A stretch of 64,000 nucleotides of DNA from Myxococcales bacterium (GTDB lineage: Bacteria; Myxococcota_A; Polyangia; Polyangiales; DASUME01), in NCBI GenBank assembly GCA_047601445.1, contig JASGJH010000001.1, positions 5,248,001 to 5,312,000 on the forward strand, in the 5' to 3' direction. Below are positions 22,459 to 32,523 of this stretch, one piece after another (within the stretch, counting starts at the first letter, position 1; the number at the start of each line of letters is the position of its first letter). The notes beneath the pieces are model-generated. The model was not told the DNA's origin. It made no database searches and saw nothing but the letters and a program-made list of their open reading frames with translations. Both the position numbers and the translations under genes were made by a program.

Positions 22459-23532
22459 ATGCGTCGCCTTGATGGCAAGTTCTTCGTCCGACTCTTCCTA
22501 TCGCTGGCGGTGAGCGCCATCTTTGCGGCGTTTTCCCTGCGCCACACGGATCTTTCCGACGTGGCCGCCGCCATCGCAGCTGCCAAGCCGGGTCCGATCT
22601 TCGGCTATTTGGGCATCCTGCTGGTCGTACACGTCGTGAAGACGGTGCGCTGGGGGGTGCTGCTCAAGCCGCTGGGCGAGATCTCGTTTCGGCGCCTCAA
22701 CTCGGCGTCGGCCGTCGGCTTCATGTTGATGGTGCTGCTGCCGCTGCGACTGGGGGAGCTGGCGCGGCCTCTCTTGGTAGCGCGCCCCCAGGCGGGCGAA
22801 GGCCACCCGCTGCCGCGCGCCGCGACCTTGGCCACTTGCCTCGTGGAGCGCAGCGTCGACATCCTGGCGGTGGGCGTACTGGGCATCATCTCACTGCAAT
22901 ACCTGGCGCCCTCGGGCGAGGCCGCCGAGTTGGTGAGGCACGGCGCGACCTTGGTCACAGCAGGCTTCGCCGCCCTGTGCGTGGGCCTGGTGGTCGCGTT
23001 CTTCATGCGCGAGCAAACCGTAGCGCTCCTGCGACGGGTGCTACGCCCCATCTCGCCTAACTTGGCCGAGCGTGTGGCCCTGCTGACCGATCGCTTCATC
23101 GGAGGCATGCACCTGGGCTCCGCCGCGTCGGTGCTGTGGTTTCTGGCCCTCACGGCTGGTTACTGGAGCCTGCACGTGTGGGGCTTCTGGCTGGTCGCCA
23201 CGGCCTTCGCTCTGCCCATCACGCCGCTGATGGCTTGCACCGTGCTCACTTGCCAGGTGGTCGGCATCATGATTCCGGCCGGACCGGGTCAAGTAGGCAC
23301 CAGCCAGTTCTTCACGCAGCTCGGGTTGTCCATCTTCGTGCCGGCGTCACTAACTGTGGCCGAAGTTGCAGCCCGGGCGGCCGGCTACGCAAATACCATC
23401 TGGCTGCTGCAGTTCGGACAACAAGTTGTCACAGGAATCGTGTTCCTCGCGCTCGGCCAGGTCTCGCTGCGGGGAATCTTCGACCGCTGGGAAGGCGACC
23501 CGTTGGCGGCGGAGAAGGCTGTCGGTGAATAG
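22459..23532 (+). CDS. Lysylphosphatidylglycerol-synthase TM domain / UPF0104 flippase-like protein
   Basis: RWGVLL, LPLRLGELAR, LVERSVD and PAGPGQVG motifs. Confidence 0.85.
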   Translation: MRRLDGKFFVRLFLSLAVSAIFAAFSLRHTDLSDVAAAIAAAKPGPIFGYLGILLVVHVVKTVRWGVLLKPLGEISFRRLNSASAVGFMLMVLLPLRLGELARPLLVARPQAGEGHPLPRAATLATCLVERSVDILAVGVLGIISLQYLAPSGEAAELVRHGATLVTAGFAALCVGLVVAFFMREQTVALLRRVLRPISPNLAERVALLTDRFIGGMHLGSAASVLWFLALTAGYWSLHVWGFWLVATAFALPITPLMACTVLTCQVVGIMIPAGPGQVGTSQFFTQLGLSIFVPASLTVAEVAARAAGYANTIWLLQFGQQVVTGIVFLALGQVSLRGIFDRWEGDPLAAEKAVGE

Positions 23533-23564
23533 CGACTCGATAATCGAGCGCCCAAGAGTATGAA

Positions 23565-24299
23565 ATGGAAAGCTTTCGCAACGATTCGGTCGCTGGACAG
23601 AGCTGGTTTCGCCCCGGACACTATAGGCGAAGCATGAAAGATGTAGTGCGTCCCCCGGTCGTCGATTCCGCCAGCGATCCCGCGGAAGACAACGCGAGCG
23701 AGCAGCCGCAGCAACCGTCGCAGCAGAGTCGTCTCGCTCGGCTTGCACTCGAGGAAATCGGGCAGTTTCGGCCGCGTGTTCGGCTCGCTCAGACCGTCGG
23801 TCGGTTCCTTCCGCAGTTCTGCTTCAACCGCCTGCGCACCACCATTTGGCGCGCGGCCAAGGTGAAGATCGGCGAAGGCTCGCTGATCATGGGCGACATC
23901 GTCCTGACCGGTATGAGCGAAGACTGGTCGTCGCTGCTCTCGGTCGGTCGGCACACCTATATTACGGGCCCGTTGCGTATCGATCTGGGAGGCGAGGTCC
24001 GGATCGGCGATCGCGTGAACATCGGACACGACTGCCTGTTCGTCACGGTCGACCACGAGATCGACTCCGAGTGGCGTCGCGCTGGCTCGCCGACCCAAAA
24101 AGCAGTGGTCATCGAAGATGGAGCGTGGATCGCGTCACGGGTGACACTCCTGCCTGGTGTCACGATCGGGCGTGGTGCGGTCGTCGCCGCTGGCGCCATC
24201 GTGGCCTCCGATGTGGCTGCCAATACGCTGGTCGGCGGCGTGCCGGCGCGCTTGATTCGTGAACTTCCGCGGACCTCGCGCGTGCCGACGCGCACATGA
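23565..24299 (+). CDS. Hexapeptide-repeat O-acyltransferase
   Basis: VVIEDGAWIASRVTLLPGVTIGRGAVVAAGAIV...GGVPARLIR; start may be 23634. Confidence 0.87.
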   Translation: MESFRNDSVAGQSWFRPGHYRRSMKDVVRPPVVDSASDPAEDNASEQPQQPSQQSRLARLALEEIGQFRPRVRLAQTVGRFLPQFCFNRLRTTIWRAAKVKIGEGSLIMGDIVLTGMSEDWSSLLSVGRHTYITGPLRIDLGGEVRIGDRVNIGHDCLFVTVDHEIDSEWRRAGSPTQKAVVIEDGAWIASRVTLLPGVTIGRGAVVAAGAIVASDVAANTLVGGVPARLIRELPRTSRVPTRT

Positions 24300-24486
24300 A
24301 GTTTCGCACCACACGAGGGGCGGCCGTTCACCCCATGTGGCGAGTTCATCAACAGGAAACCTTTGTTCGCGAGTCCGCAGACTTGCGATTGCACGGCTGA
24401 ACATCGCCGTTCGTCTGCAGAAGCCCGGGACGTTTTTGCGGGGGGCCTGCTCGCAATCACTTGGATGCTGAAGTAAGAACCGGGCG

Positions 24487-25761
24487 ATGACCTCGTACCG
24501 TCCGGCTCAAGGCACGGCCGTCTGCATCGTCGTTCCCTGCTACAACGAAGAGGCGCGTTTCAACTCCGCAGCATTCGACGAGCATTTGAGGTCAACCTCT
24601 TTCACCCGCTTCGTGCTCGTCAACGACGGTAGCTCGGACGGCACACTGGCGCGGCTAAACGAGGTCTCTGCGCGTTACCCTGAACGCGTCCGCGTCCTCG
24701 ATCTCGAGATCAACGGCGGTAAGGCCGAGGCCGTTCGGCAGGGCATGCTGCTCGCCTTCCAGGAACCCGGAGTGAAGTACGCGGGGTTCTGGGACGCTGA
24801 CCTGGCCACGCCGCTCGACGCCATCGAGGTGTTCGCGGACGTCCTGACCCGTCGGGCGGACCTGGATATCGTCCTCGGGGCTCGGACCAAGCTGCTCGGG
24901 CGTCGCATCGAGCGCAAAGCGAGCCGTCACTACCTGGGTCGCGTTTTCGCCACCGGCGCCAGTATCACGCTGAACCTACCGGTCTACGACACGCAGTGCG
25001 GCGCGAAGCTGTTTCGCAATGCACCGAGCTGTGTCCGCCTCTTCGAGAAACGCTTCGGATCCCGCTGGATCTTCGACGTAGAAATCCTCGCCCGCTACTT
25101 GAAGAATGGCAGTCCCGAGACTGGGCTGTACGAATTGCCGGTCGACCAATGGGAGGACGTCGGCGGCTCCCGCGTGAAGCCGGTTGACTTCATTCGCGCC
25201 ATCGCTGAGATGGCCGAGATCTATCGGACCTATCGCCTGCCAGGGAAAGGTCGCGACATCTTGTCGACGCTGACCGCTCCCTTCGCGCGCTACGCGGGGG
25301 CAGGCGCCATCGGTACCGTCGTACACTATGCCGTGCTCACGTTGGCTGTCGAAACCGGAGGCCTGTCTCCCGGGGCGGGAGCCGCGCTCGGCGCGACCTT
25401 CGGGGCCGCAGCCAACTATCTGCTGAACTACCACCTCACGTTTGCAGCCAGCCAGTCGCACCGCACCACGCTGCCCCGCTTCGCGCTGGTGGCAGCACTC
25501 GGCATTGTGGTGAATGGATTGGTGGTGAAGGCTGCCACGGCAAACCTGGGACTGCACTATCTCGTGGGTCAGCTGCTGGCTACAGGTGTCGTGCTGTGCC
25601 TGGGATTCGTGCTCAACAAGCATTGGACCTTCGCGAAGAAGGACTTGCCCGGGCAGCAGCGCGCTAACGCTCAGGCGGCTGATGGAAGAGCCCTTGCGGC
25701 TCAGCAGTCTCCCGAGCCCGATTCTGACGCCGAAGCGAAGCCAAACGAGTTCACAGTGTGA
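24487..25761 (+). CDS. GT2 polyprenol-phosphate glycosyltransferase fused to a GtrA-like domain
   Basis: IVVPCYNEE, VNDGSSD, GKAEAVRQG, WDADLATP, DTQCGAKLF, WIFDVEIL; C-terminal 4 TM with NYLLNYHLTF and FVLNKHWTF (GtrA). Confidence 0.88.
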   Translation: MTSYRPAQGTAVCIVVPCYNEEARFNSAAFDEHLRSTSFTRFVLVNDGSSDGTLARLNEVSARYPERVRVLDLEINGGKAEAVRQGMLLAFQEPGVKYAGFWDADLATPLDAIEVFADVLTRRADLDIVLGARTKLLGRRIERKASRHYLGRVFATGASITLNLPVYDTQCGAKLFRNAPSCVRLFEKRFGSRWIFDVEILARYLKNGSPETGLYELPVDQWEDVGGSRVKPVDFIRAIAEMAEIYRTYRLPGKGRDILSTLTAPFARYAGAGAIGTVVHYAVLTLAVETGGLSPGAGAALGATFGAAANYLLNYHLTFAASQSHRTTLPRFALVAALGIVVNGLVVKAATANLGLHYLVGQLLATGVVLCLGFVLNKHWTFAKKDLPGQQRANAQAADGRALAAQQSPEPDSDAEAKPNEFTV

Positions 25762-25806
25762 GGGTTCGGACTAGCTCGACGGTGGACCTCTCCAGGAGGG
25801 AGCAGG

Positions 25807-27105
25807 ATGGATAAGGCGTGGCGGCTGCTGCAAGGAAACAAGGGGCGAGTGCTGGCCGCCGTCGTCTTCGTCCTGGCCATCGCGATGAACTTCTGGGCAT
25901 CGAAGCGCCAGGGTTCGGACTTTGCGCCGCTCCACCTGGCTGCTCGAGGCCTGGCAGAACGTGCACCGATCTACGAGCCCGCATGGCTCAAGACCGTGTT
26001 CTTCGACCGCTACGGCATGCTGGCGCCGAGTGGCGTTTTCTACCCGCCCTCCACCAGCGTGCTGATGCTTCCCTTCGGGCTCTCGCCCTACGGGCTCGCC
26101 GAGTTTGCCTGGTTCGTCACGCTCGTAGGTGCGGTGATCCTGGGCGTACGGGCGATGCTTCAACTGGCGCTTCCAACCGCCGGTCGTGGAGCCTGGGTGG
26201 CCGCCGCCGCGGTGATCTTGCTAAGCGCTTGCATCCGCTGGGGCATTACACCACTCCAGGGCGCACCCCTGGTCTTGGGCTTGCTGTGCCTCTTCCTGCA
26301 GGCAGTCGAGCGTCAGCGCTGGCTGCTCGCCTGGTCCATCGCAACGGCGGTGCTGGCCTTCAAGTTCACGCTCGCCTTGCCGTTCCTGGGCGTACTCGCG
26401 TTGCACCGGCGCTTCGCGTCCGTAGCGCTCGCGGTCGGTGTTTGGGTAACGCTCAACGTACTCGGATTCGCCTGGCTGGGTGGCACCACGGCATTCGATC
26501 TCTACCGATACAACATCGGCGTCGTCGAAGCTCTTCGCGATATCAACACGCCCGATCCCTGGGAACCAGTTTCTGTTCCGCGCCTGGATTGGGTCTATCT
26601 CTTGTACGGCGTGGGCCGCAATCTGGCGCTCGCAAAGGTCCTCACCGCGCTCCTGTCGCTCATGGCACTGATCTGGGTAGGGGTGGAGCGCCTTCGGCTG
26701 CGACGGGCGCCCAATCTGCACGAGACGGTCGCCTTCCTCGTCCCGCTCGTCTGCCTGTCACTGCTAAGCGTCTATCATCACCACTACGACGCCGCCCTGT
26801 TCGTGGCGCCCTTGGCCATGCTGGTGCTGCTGTGGCGCGCGGACGCTGAAGATCGCGGGTCCTCCGTGTTGACCCGCAATGGCGCGGCGCTGTGGATGCT
26901 CGCCCCGCTGGCCGTCATGATGGCACTCCTCCCCATCGGCAAGTCGCAGTCGATCCTTGCGTCTCTGCTCGGACGCTACGGTCTCCCCGCGCTGAATTTC
27001 TCTTTCCCCATCGCGACGACGCTCGCGTTCATCGCGGGGCTGATCATCCTTCGTGAAACGGTTCGCGCAGGTCAGACTGCCATGCCGGCCGACCCAGCCG
27101 AGTGA
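25807..27105 (+). CDS. GT-C membrane glycosyltransferase (GT87/DUF2029-like)
   Basis: SDF after TM1, FYPP, AFK and HHHYD motifs; about 10 TM segments. Confidence 0.72.
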   Translation: MDKAWRLLQGNKGRVLAAVVFVLAIAMNFWASKRQGSDFAPLHLAARGLAERAPIYEPAWLKTVFFDRYGMLAPSGVFYPPSTSVLMLPFGLSPYGLAEFAWFVTLVGAVILGVRAMLQLALPTAGRGAWVAAAAVILLSACIRWGITPLQGAPLVLGLLCLFLQAVERQRWLLAWSIATAVLAFKFTLALPFLGVLALHRRFASVALAVGVWVTLNVLGFAWLGGTTAFDLYRYNIGVVEALRDINTPDPWEPVSVPRLDWVYLLYGVGRNLALAKVLTALLSLMALIWVGVERLRLRRAPNLHETVAFLVPLVCLSLLSVYHHHYDAALFVAPLAMLVLLWRADAEDRGSSVLTRNGAALWMLAPLAVMMALLPIGKSQSILASLLGRYGLPALNFSFPIATTLAFIAGLIILRETVRAGQTAMPADPAE

Positions 27106-27156
27106 CACGTCCTGGTCGACGAGCGCGCACTGGCGAGCTCCGCGTGGCCGCGAACA

Positions 27157-28395
27157 CTAGGGTGCACTGGCCGACGCTTCGAAGGCGGCTGGATTCCTGT
27201 TTTCGACAGCTGGCGTATCCCGCGCCGGAAACCAACGGTTCCTGAGGTTCATGATCGGCTGCTCCAGCAGACGATCGAACACGATCCCCGTCACCGCGCC
27301 CGCGACCATGTACAACACCGTGTGAAGAAACCAGGTGAGCTCGCGTGGAAGGTGAAGCCGCTGCCCCAGGGCGAGCGTGTTCAAGTACACCTCCCAGGTC
27401 CAGAACTCACGATGCCAGAGATAGATTGAGTAGGAGCTCGTCCCGAAGGCCGCAAGCCAGCCCGCCGCGCGCGCTTCCGCGACGCGATCGACGAGCGTTC
27501 CTTGACGCGGGCGATAGATCAACTTGAGCAAGATCAAGCCGTAGCCCAGATACAAGCCCGTAAAGCCCACCGTCTCCCGCACGAACCCGGGGAACAGCGC
27601 GGCCGGAACCATCGACAACAAGGCCACTGGCAGGCTCCACCCCGCGTTCGCAATGCTCTGCAGCACACTGGACCGGTAGGCCTTGAAATAGGCCAGCACC
27701 ACGCCGAAGAAGAGCGCATCCAGGCAGAGATACGTCGGATAGCGCAGCCGCGTTGGCTCGATGACGTAGGTATAGACCCGCAGTCCGAGGCACACGACGC
27801 CCAAGACGAGGCCTGTAAGCGGAACCAGCCTCGAGGTCCCGAGGCGATCGGCCTTGCGAGCCAACAACCCGAGGTAGAGTGGAAGCGCGAGGTAGAAGTG
27901 CTCCTCCACACCAAGGCTCCACAGCTGATCGCGGCCTCGTGGCCCACCGCCGAAGAAGTTCTGGATGTTCAGGAGGCTCGGCCAGAGCTGCTCCCAGGCC
28001 GCACTGGGCGTGAAGCCCTCGCGCACGATGAAGATGAAGAACGCAAACGCTAGGCACAGGTAGTACGCAGGCCAGATGCGCAGCATTCTCCGCAGGACGA
28101 AGCGTCGGACATCGAGTGAACCGAACTTGCGGATCTCGGAGAACAGCAGCCCGCCGATGAGGTAGCCGCTGAGGACGAAGAAGAGGTCCACCCCCGTCCA
28201 ACCGAACTGATGGATGAACGCATCGAGGGGTCGGAGCCATCCAGACTCTCCTCGTTCGCTCGGACTGTGTGTAGCGAGAACGAGCACGATGGCGACGCCT
28301 CGCAGCAGGTCGAGTTCCGTGACGCGCTTGGCGGCGCTCGCCGGCGCGCTCTCCGCCTCGCTCAAGCGTTCGACATTCTTGACCATTGTCGCCAT
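27157..28395 (-). CDS. Acyltransferase family 3 membrane O-acyltransferase
   Basis: LDLLRGVAI, GVDLFFVLSGYLI, RRMLRIWPAYY, LWSLGVEEHFY and SYSIYLWH motifs; start 28395 or 28386. Confidence 0.9.
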   Translation of the reverse strand: MATMVKNVERLSEAESAPASAAKRVTELDLLRGVAIVLVLATHSPSERGESGWLRPLDAFIHQFGWTGVDLFFVLSGYLIGGLLFSEIRKFGSLDVRRFVLRRMLRIWPAYYLCLAFAFFIFIVREGFTPSAAWEQLWPSLLNIQNFFGGGPRGRDQLWSLGVEEHFYLALPLYLGLLARKADRLGTSRLVPLTGLVLGVVCLGLRVYTYVIEPTRLRYPTYLCLDALFFGVVLAYFKAYRSSVLQSIANAGWSLPVALLSMVPAALFPGFVRETVGFTGLYLGYGLILLKLIYRPRQGTLVDRVAEARAAGWLAAFGTSSYSIYLWHREFWTWEVYLNTLALGQRLHLPRELTWFLHTVLYMVAGAVTGIVFDRLLEQPIMNLRNRWFPARDTPAVENRNPAAFEASASAP

Positions 28396-28653
28396 CGAAA
28401 CCCTCTCGCCACGGTGCCGCCTCGTCCGCCGTGAAGGCCGAGACCGGTCGCGTGATGGTGGTCTACGGCAAGCCATCGACGAATTCCAATCACTCAGCCC
28501 CAAAAACCTACCGGTTCGCGCGGGCATGGCGAGCAGGTCGCCCTTGAGGAGCAGGATGGCGAGTGCCCGCGTCGCGGGAGCGAGCTGCGCGCATGGTCCA
28601 TGGGGCAGGCCCTGGCATTTGCACGGCTTCGCCATTCGAGTAACGTCACCAAC

Positions 28654-29598
28654 GTGGACAAGGCGCCTCGTGTTTCCGTCGTTATTCCGACGTTCAACTC
28701 CGCTCGATATCTGGGCCTGACGCTCGACAGCATCCTCGGCCAGACCAATGGTGACCTGGAGGTGGTGCTGTACGACGATGGTTCGTCGGACAACACGCTG
28801 GAAATCTCCGATGCCTACGCCATGCGCGACCCGCGCGTCCGGGTGGTGCGCGGAGCCCACGTCGGCATCGCACAGGCGCGCAACAACGGCTTCGCGGCCA
28901 CCAACCCACGTTCCGAGTTCGTCACGTTCTTCGACCATGATGACGTCTGGGAGAAAGACGCCGTGGAGCTCCTGGTTTCCGCTCTCGAGGCGCATCCGGA
29001 GTGCCCCGCGGCCCATGGCGTGTGCCGCTGCATCGACAGCGACGGTGAGCTCATCCCGGGCGATGACCACGCGGACAACGTGCGTCATCGGTCGGCCGTC
29101 GTGGGCGAGCGGGTGGCGCCCATTCCCCAGTCCGCGCCCACGAGCTTCGGGGCGGTGTTGGTGAAGAACTACATCACGACGCCGGGCACCAGCCTCGTGC
29201 GACGCACGGCGTTTCAACGGGTCGGTGGTTTCGAAGCCTCCACGGTGCCCTGCGATGACTGGGACATGAACCTCCGGATCGCTCGGCTGGGAGACTTCGC
29301 CTTCGTCGACAAGATCTTACTGAACTGGCGTCGCCATGCGGGCGCCACCTCCAACCTGAGCAAGCGGTGGCGCACTGCCTACATGCTCACGCGTAAGCGC
29401 AGTGTACTCGCGCGCGAGAACAGTGCGGAGCAACGTCAGATTGCGCTGTGCGCCTTGCGCGACGAGGTCGTGGGGCTGCAGCGCGAAGCCGTCGGGCAGG
29501 TGCGCAGCGGCTCGCTGAAAACGGCTGCCAAAAAGCTTGCTCGCTCGCTCCTGCTCGGCTCCATCTACGTAAGCGGCTTGGCGCCGCAGCGCGCCTGA
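28654..29598 (+). CDS. GT2 glycosyltransferase
   Basis: VSVVIPTFN, DDGSSD, ARNNG, FFDHDD, VGGFE...DDWDM motifs. Confidence 0.9.
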   Translation: MDKAPRVSVVIPTFNSARYLGLTLDSILGQTNGDLEVVLYDDGSSDNTLEISDAYAMRDPRVRVVRGAHVGIAQARNNGFAATNPRSEFVTFFDHDDVWEKDAVELLVSALEAHPECPAAHGVCRCIDSDGELIPGDDHADNVRHRSAVVGERVAPIPQSAPTSFGAVLVKNYITTPGTSLVRRTAFQRVGGFEASTVPCDDWDMNLRIARLGDFAFVDKILLNWRRHAGATSNLSKRWRTAYMLTRKRSVLARENSAEQRQIALCALRDEVVGLQREAVGQVRSGSLKTAAKKLARSLLLGSIYVSGLAPQRA

Positions 29599-29765
29599 AC
29601 ACGCGACACGCGCGGTGCGCGCAGCGGACGTATGACGATCGCAGACACCCGATCTCGCGTTCAGCGCGGGCTATTTGTGGTTTGTCCCGCGTATCAGGTG
29701 TAACGTCGCGGCTTGCCTGTCCCCTGTGGCCGGCGAGCGAATACCTCGTGTTGGAGTTGAACTGC

Positions 29766-31010
29766 ATGAACAGTATGAAGTCGATGATGTTCGCCCTCGC
29801 GTTCGCGGGGATAAGCGCAGGCGGGTGCGGAGACGATGGCGATTCGCACCATGACGTCGATGCCGGTGATGGCGACGACAACGGCGGCGCCGATGGAGGC
29901 ATGCACGGCGACGGCGACATACAGGCCGGCGATGGTGACGGCAATCCTGCGAATCCAGACGGCGGCGGCGGCGGCGATGGCGATGTGGCCATCGATGGCG
30001 GCGTGTCAGGAGTCGCCACGGGGGTCTGGACCAACGTCACGAACAACCTCAAAGGCATCACGTCGTCGTGCGGCAATGTTTACTACATGGCGGCCAAGCC
30101 CACCGAAGACAAGTTGATCGTCGGGATCGCCAAGCAGGGCTACTACGCGAGCAGCAATGGCGGCATGAGCTGGCAAAAGCTCGGCACCGGCGCGGGCTCC
30201 GCTTCTCTTGGAGGTACGCCGAACCAGATCGTGTTCGATCCGGAGCATGCGGACACGTTCTGGACCGCGAACACCTGGGGAGCGCCCGCTGTGCTTGGGA
30301 CAACCGACGACGGCGTCACATTCAAGAAGATCTTTGACATGTTCGCCGCTGATTCCGTCAGCGTCGATTTCACCGATCCCGCCCGCAAGACTCTCCTCGC
30401 GGGAGCACACGAGATGACGCAAACGGTCTGGCGCTCGACGGACGGCGGCGCCACCTGGAACAACGTAGGCGTCAATCTGCCCGCGGGCTCGAACCACTCG
30501 AGCTATGCCCATGTGGTCGACTCACAGATCCACCTGATGGGCGTGACCGGCTGGGCCGGCGGGCAATCGGGTATTTTCCGCACCGCCGACGGCGGAGCCC
30601 ACTGGGATCACGTCAGCGATGACGGCGGCGGCAGCTTTCCTCTCAAGCACTCCGACGGCTCGATCTACTGGGCGGATCGCGACCAGGGCGGCATGATGCG
30701 AAGCACCGACAAGGGAGCCACCTGGAAGCCGAGCACGGTCAAGAACACCGTCTATCCCATTGCTCCCATCGAATTGCCGGACGGCCGCATCGCCACGCGC
30801 AGCTCCAAGGGCGTCATCGTTTCCGCAGACCACGGCACGTCATGGACCGTGGTGGCGCCCCCTGAGCCGTTCGACGATCCGCACCACATCTTCGCTTTGT
30901 CGTACTCCAAGTATCACAAGGCGTTCTATGTCGCGCAGTGGACCTGTGCCGACGGCCCCATCCCGGACAACGCAGTGGCTGCGTACGGGTGGGACTACGA
31001 AGCGAAGTGA
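29766..31010 (+). CDS. Lipoprotein with Asp-box/BNR beta-propeller (sialidase/GH74-like fold)
   Basis: Lipobox AGGC; D/G-rich linker; repeated S/T-x-D-x-G-x-T-W motifs (SSNGGMSW, STDGGATW, TADGGAHW, STDKGATW, SADHGTSW). Confidence 0.8.
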   Translation: MNSMKSMMFALAFAGISAGGCGDDGDSHHDVDAGDGDDNGGADGGMHGDGDIQAGDGDGNPANPDGGGGGDGDVAIDGGVSGVATGVWTNVTNNLKGITSSCGNVYYMAAKPTEDKLIVGIAKQGYYASSNGGMSWQKLGTGAGSASLGGTPNQIVFDPEHADTFWTANTWGAPAVLGTTDDGVTFKKIFDMFAADSVSVDFTDPARKTLLAGAHEMTQTVWRSTDGGATWNNVGVNLPAGSNHSSYAHVVDSQIHLMGVTGWAGGQSGIFRTADGGAHWDHVSDDGGGSFPLKHSDGSIYWADRDQGGMMRSTDKGATWKPSTVKNTVYPIAPIELPDGRIATRSSKGVIVSADHGTSWTVVAPPEPFDDPHHIFALSYSKYHKAFYVAQWTCADGPIPDNAVAAYGWDYEAK

Positions 31011-31068
31011 AAGCAGCGCGATTCGTCGCGGATACCCGCGACGAATCGCTTCCTAGCCCAGCCCGCGC

Positions 31069-32523
31069 TCAACCTCCGAAGGGAGACGATGGAGCTGCCA
31101 CGAGCTGGGCATCGGGACCCGCTCCCTGCAGGGCTCCAAGGAAGGCCGCCAGGTCTGCCTTGTCCTGATCACTGAGCCCGAGCGCATGGAGCTCATTGGT
31201 GCCCGGATAGCCAGCTTGGTCGCCACCGCGATCGAAGAACTTCACGACTTGCTCGAGGGTCGCCAGCTGCGCGGTGTGCATGTAGCTCGGCTGCTCTGCG
31301 ACGCAGCGCAGGGTTGGGGTGCGGAAAGCGCCCTCCAGGTCCTGCCCCACGCTCTGCGGAAGCACACCGCGATCACCATCGCTGAAGGCCCCGCGTGTGT
31401 TGAGCGGATCGGTCAAGGCAGCTGCGATTCCCTCGCCTGCGCCCCGGTCGTCGGTGTCGGTGAAGGCGACCGCAACCGTGGCCGGACGCAGACCGACGTT
31501 GTGGAACTTGCCGTCCGTGAGATTGGGTCCTGAATGGCAGGAGACGCAGCCGCCGCTGCCTGCAAACACGGCCGCGCCGCGTTGCTCGCTGCGTGTGAGC
31601 GCGGCGGTATCGCCGTCTAGCCACATGTCGAACCGGCTGGGCCCACACCTGAGCTGCGACACGTAGGCGGCGAGCGCCTTGGCGACGTTGACGACGACGG
31701 TGGTAACCGCCTTCTGAGCGTCGCTACTCATGCCGTCGTATTCGGCCTTGTCGCCGGGCTTACCGTGACATTTGGCCGTCTCCACTGGACCCGCTTCGCA
31801 ACCAGCCTGCGATGCATCGATAAGCGGGAACTTGGCCGAGTTTCCAAGCTCTGGCATCGGCCCGAACAGGGCCTCGTACTCAGCGCGATGGAGCTTGTAG
31901 ATCTGTTGAGCGATGAACAAGCGCGACGAGTTGAACTCGCTCGTGCTCTCGAAGACTCCGATCGCCTGGTTCCAGATGGCGTCTCGCCGACCATCCCAGT
32001 TGTAGAGACCGGCGAAGCCAATCTCCAGGAGCGTGGGCGTGCGGCGGCGAGTCCACTGCGCCGCCAGCGAGATCGTGCGGTGTGGGCTGCGGTTGTCCAC
32101 GAAGCCCGCACCTGGGACGTGGCATCCGGCGCAACTGACGCGGCCCGTCTCCCCCGCGACTCCGAGGGTCGCGGGAGTGCCATCGTTGTCGCGCTCGAGC
32201 AGTCGTCCGGATAGCGCGGCTTCGAAGAACAGGCGTTGGCCGAACAGGCGCGCACCCGACAGCGCAGCGACGCGATTGCTGGGGTCTGCGGGGGGCGGCG
32301 ATGCGCTGTATCTCAGCGACTGCAGCGTGGTGCGCACTTCCGCCGAAAACACGGGATCCGGATCGCTCCCGGCATCCGACGCGACAGCCGCGTCGGATCC
32401 GCCGTCGGCGGTGCCGCTATCGAGCGAGCCCTGGTTCGCCGGCGGCAGCCCGTCACCACAGGCAACGCCCTCCAACAGCAGGCAGCCTGCGAGCAGGGTT
32501 CTACTTCGTGAGAAGGGCGCCAT
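31069..32523 (-). CDS. Di-heme cytochrome c peroxidase/MauG superfamily lipoprotein
   Basis: GQRLFFE, CAGCH, WDGRRD, CVSCH, FHNVGL, FRTPTLR...YMH; lipobox GVAC. Confidence 0.88.
   Translation of the reverse strand: MAPFSRSRTLLAGCLLLEGVACGDGLPPANQGSLDSGTADGGSDAAVASDAGSDPDPVFSAEVRTTLQSLRYSASPPPADPSNRVAALSGARLFGQRLFFEAALSGRLLERDNDGTPATLGVAGETGRVSCAGCHVPGAGFVDNRSPHRTISLAAQWTRRRTPTLLEIGFAGLYNWDGRRDAIWNQAIGVFESTSEFNSSRLFIAQQIYKLHRAEYEALFGPMPELGNSAKFPLIDASQAGCEAGPVETAKCHGKPGDKAEYDGMSSDAQKAVTTVVVNVAKALAAYVSQLRCGPSRFDMWLDGDTAALTRSEQRGAAVFAGSGGCVSCHSGPNLTDGKFHNVGLRPATVAVAFTDTDDRGAGEGIAAALTDPLNTRGAFSDGDRGVLPQSVGQDLEGAFRTPTLRCVAEQPSYMHTAQLATLEQVVKFFDRGGDQAGYPGTNELHALGLSDQDKADLAAFLGALQGAGPDAQLVAAPSSPFGG

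Noticed and set aside
27157..29217. 686-aa AT3 acyltransferase with a long N-terminal extension
   Set aside because: The extension is the antisense of the GT2 gene; AT3 homology starts near 28395
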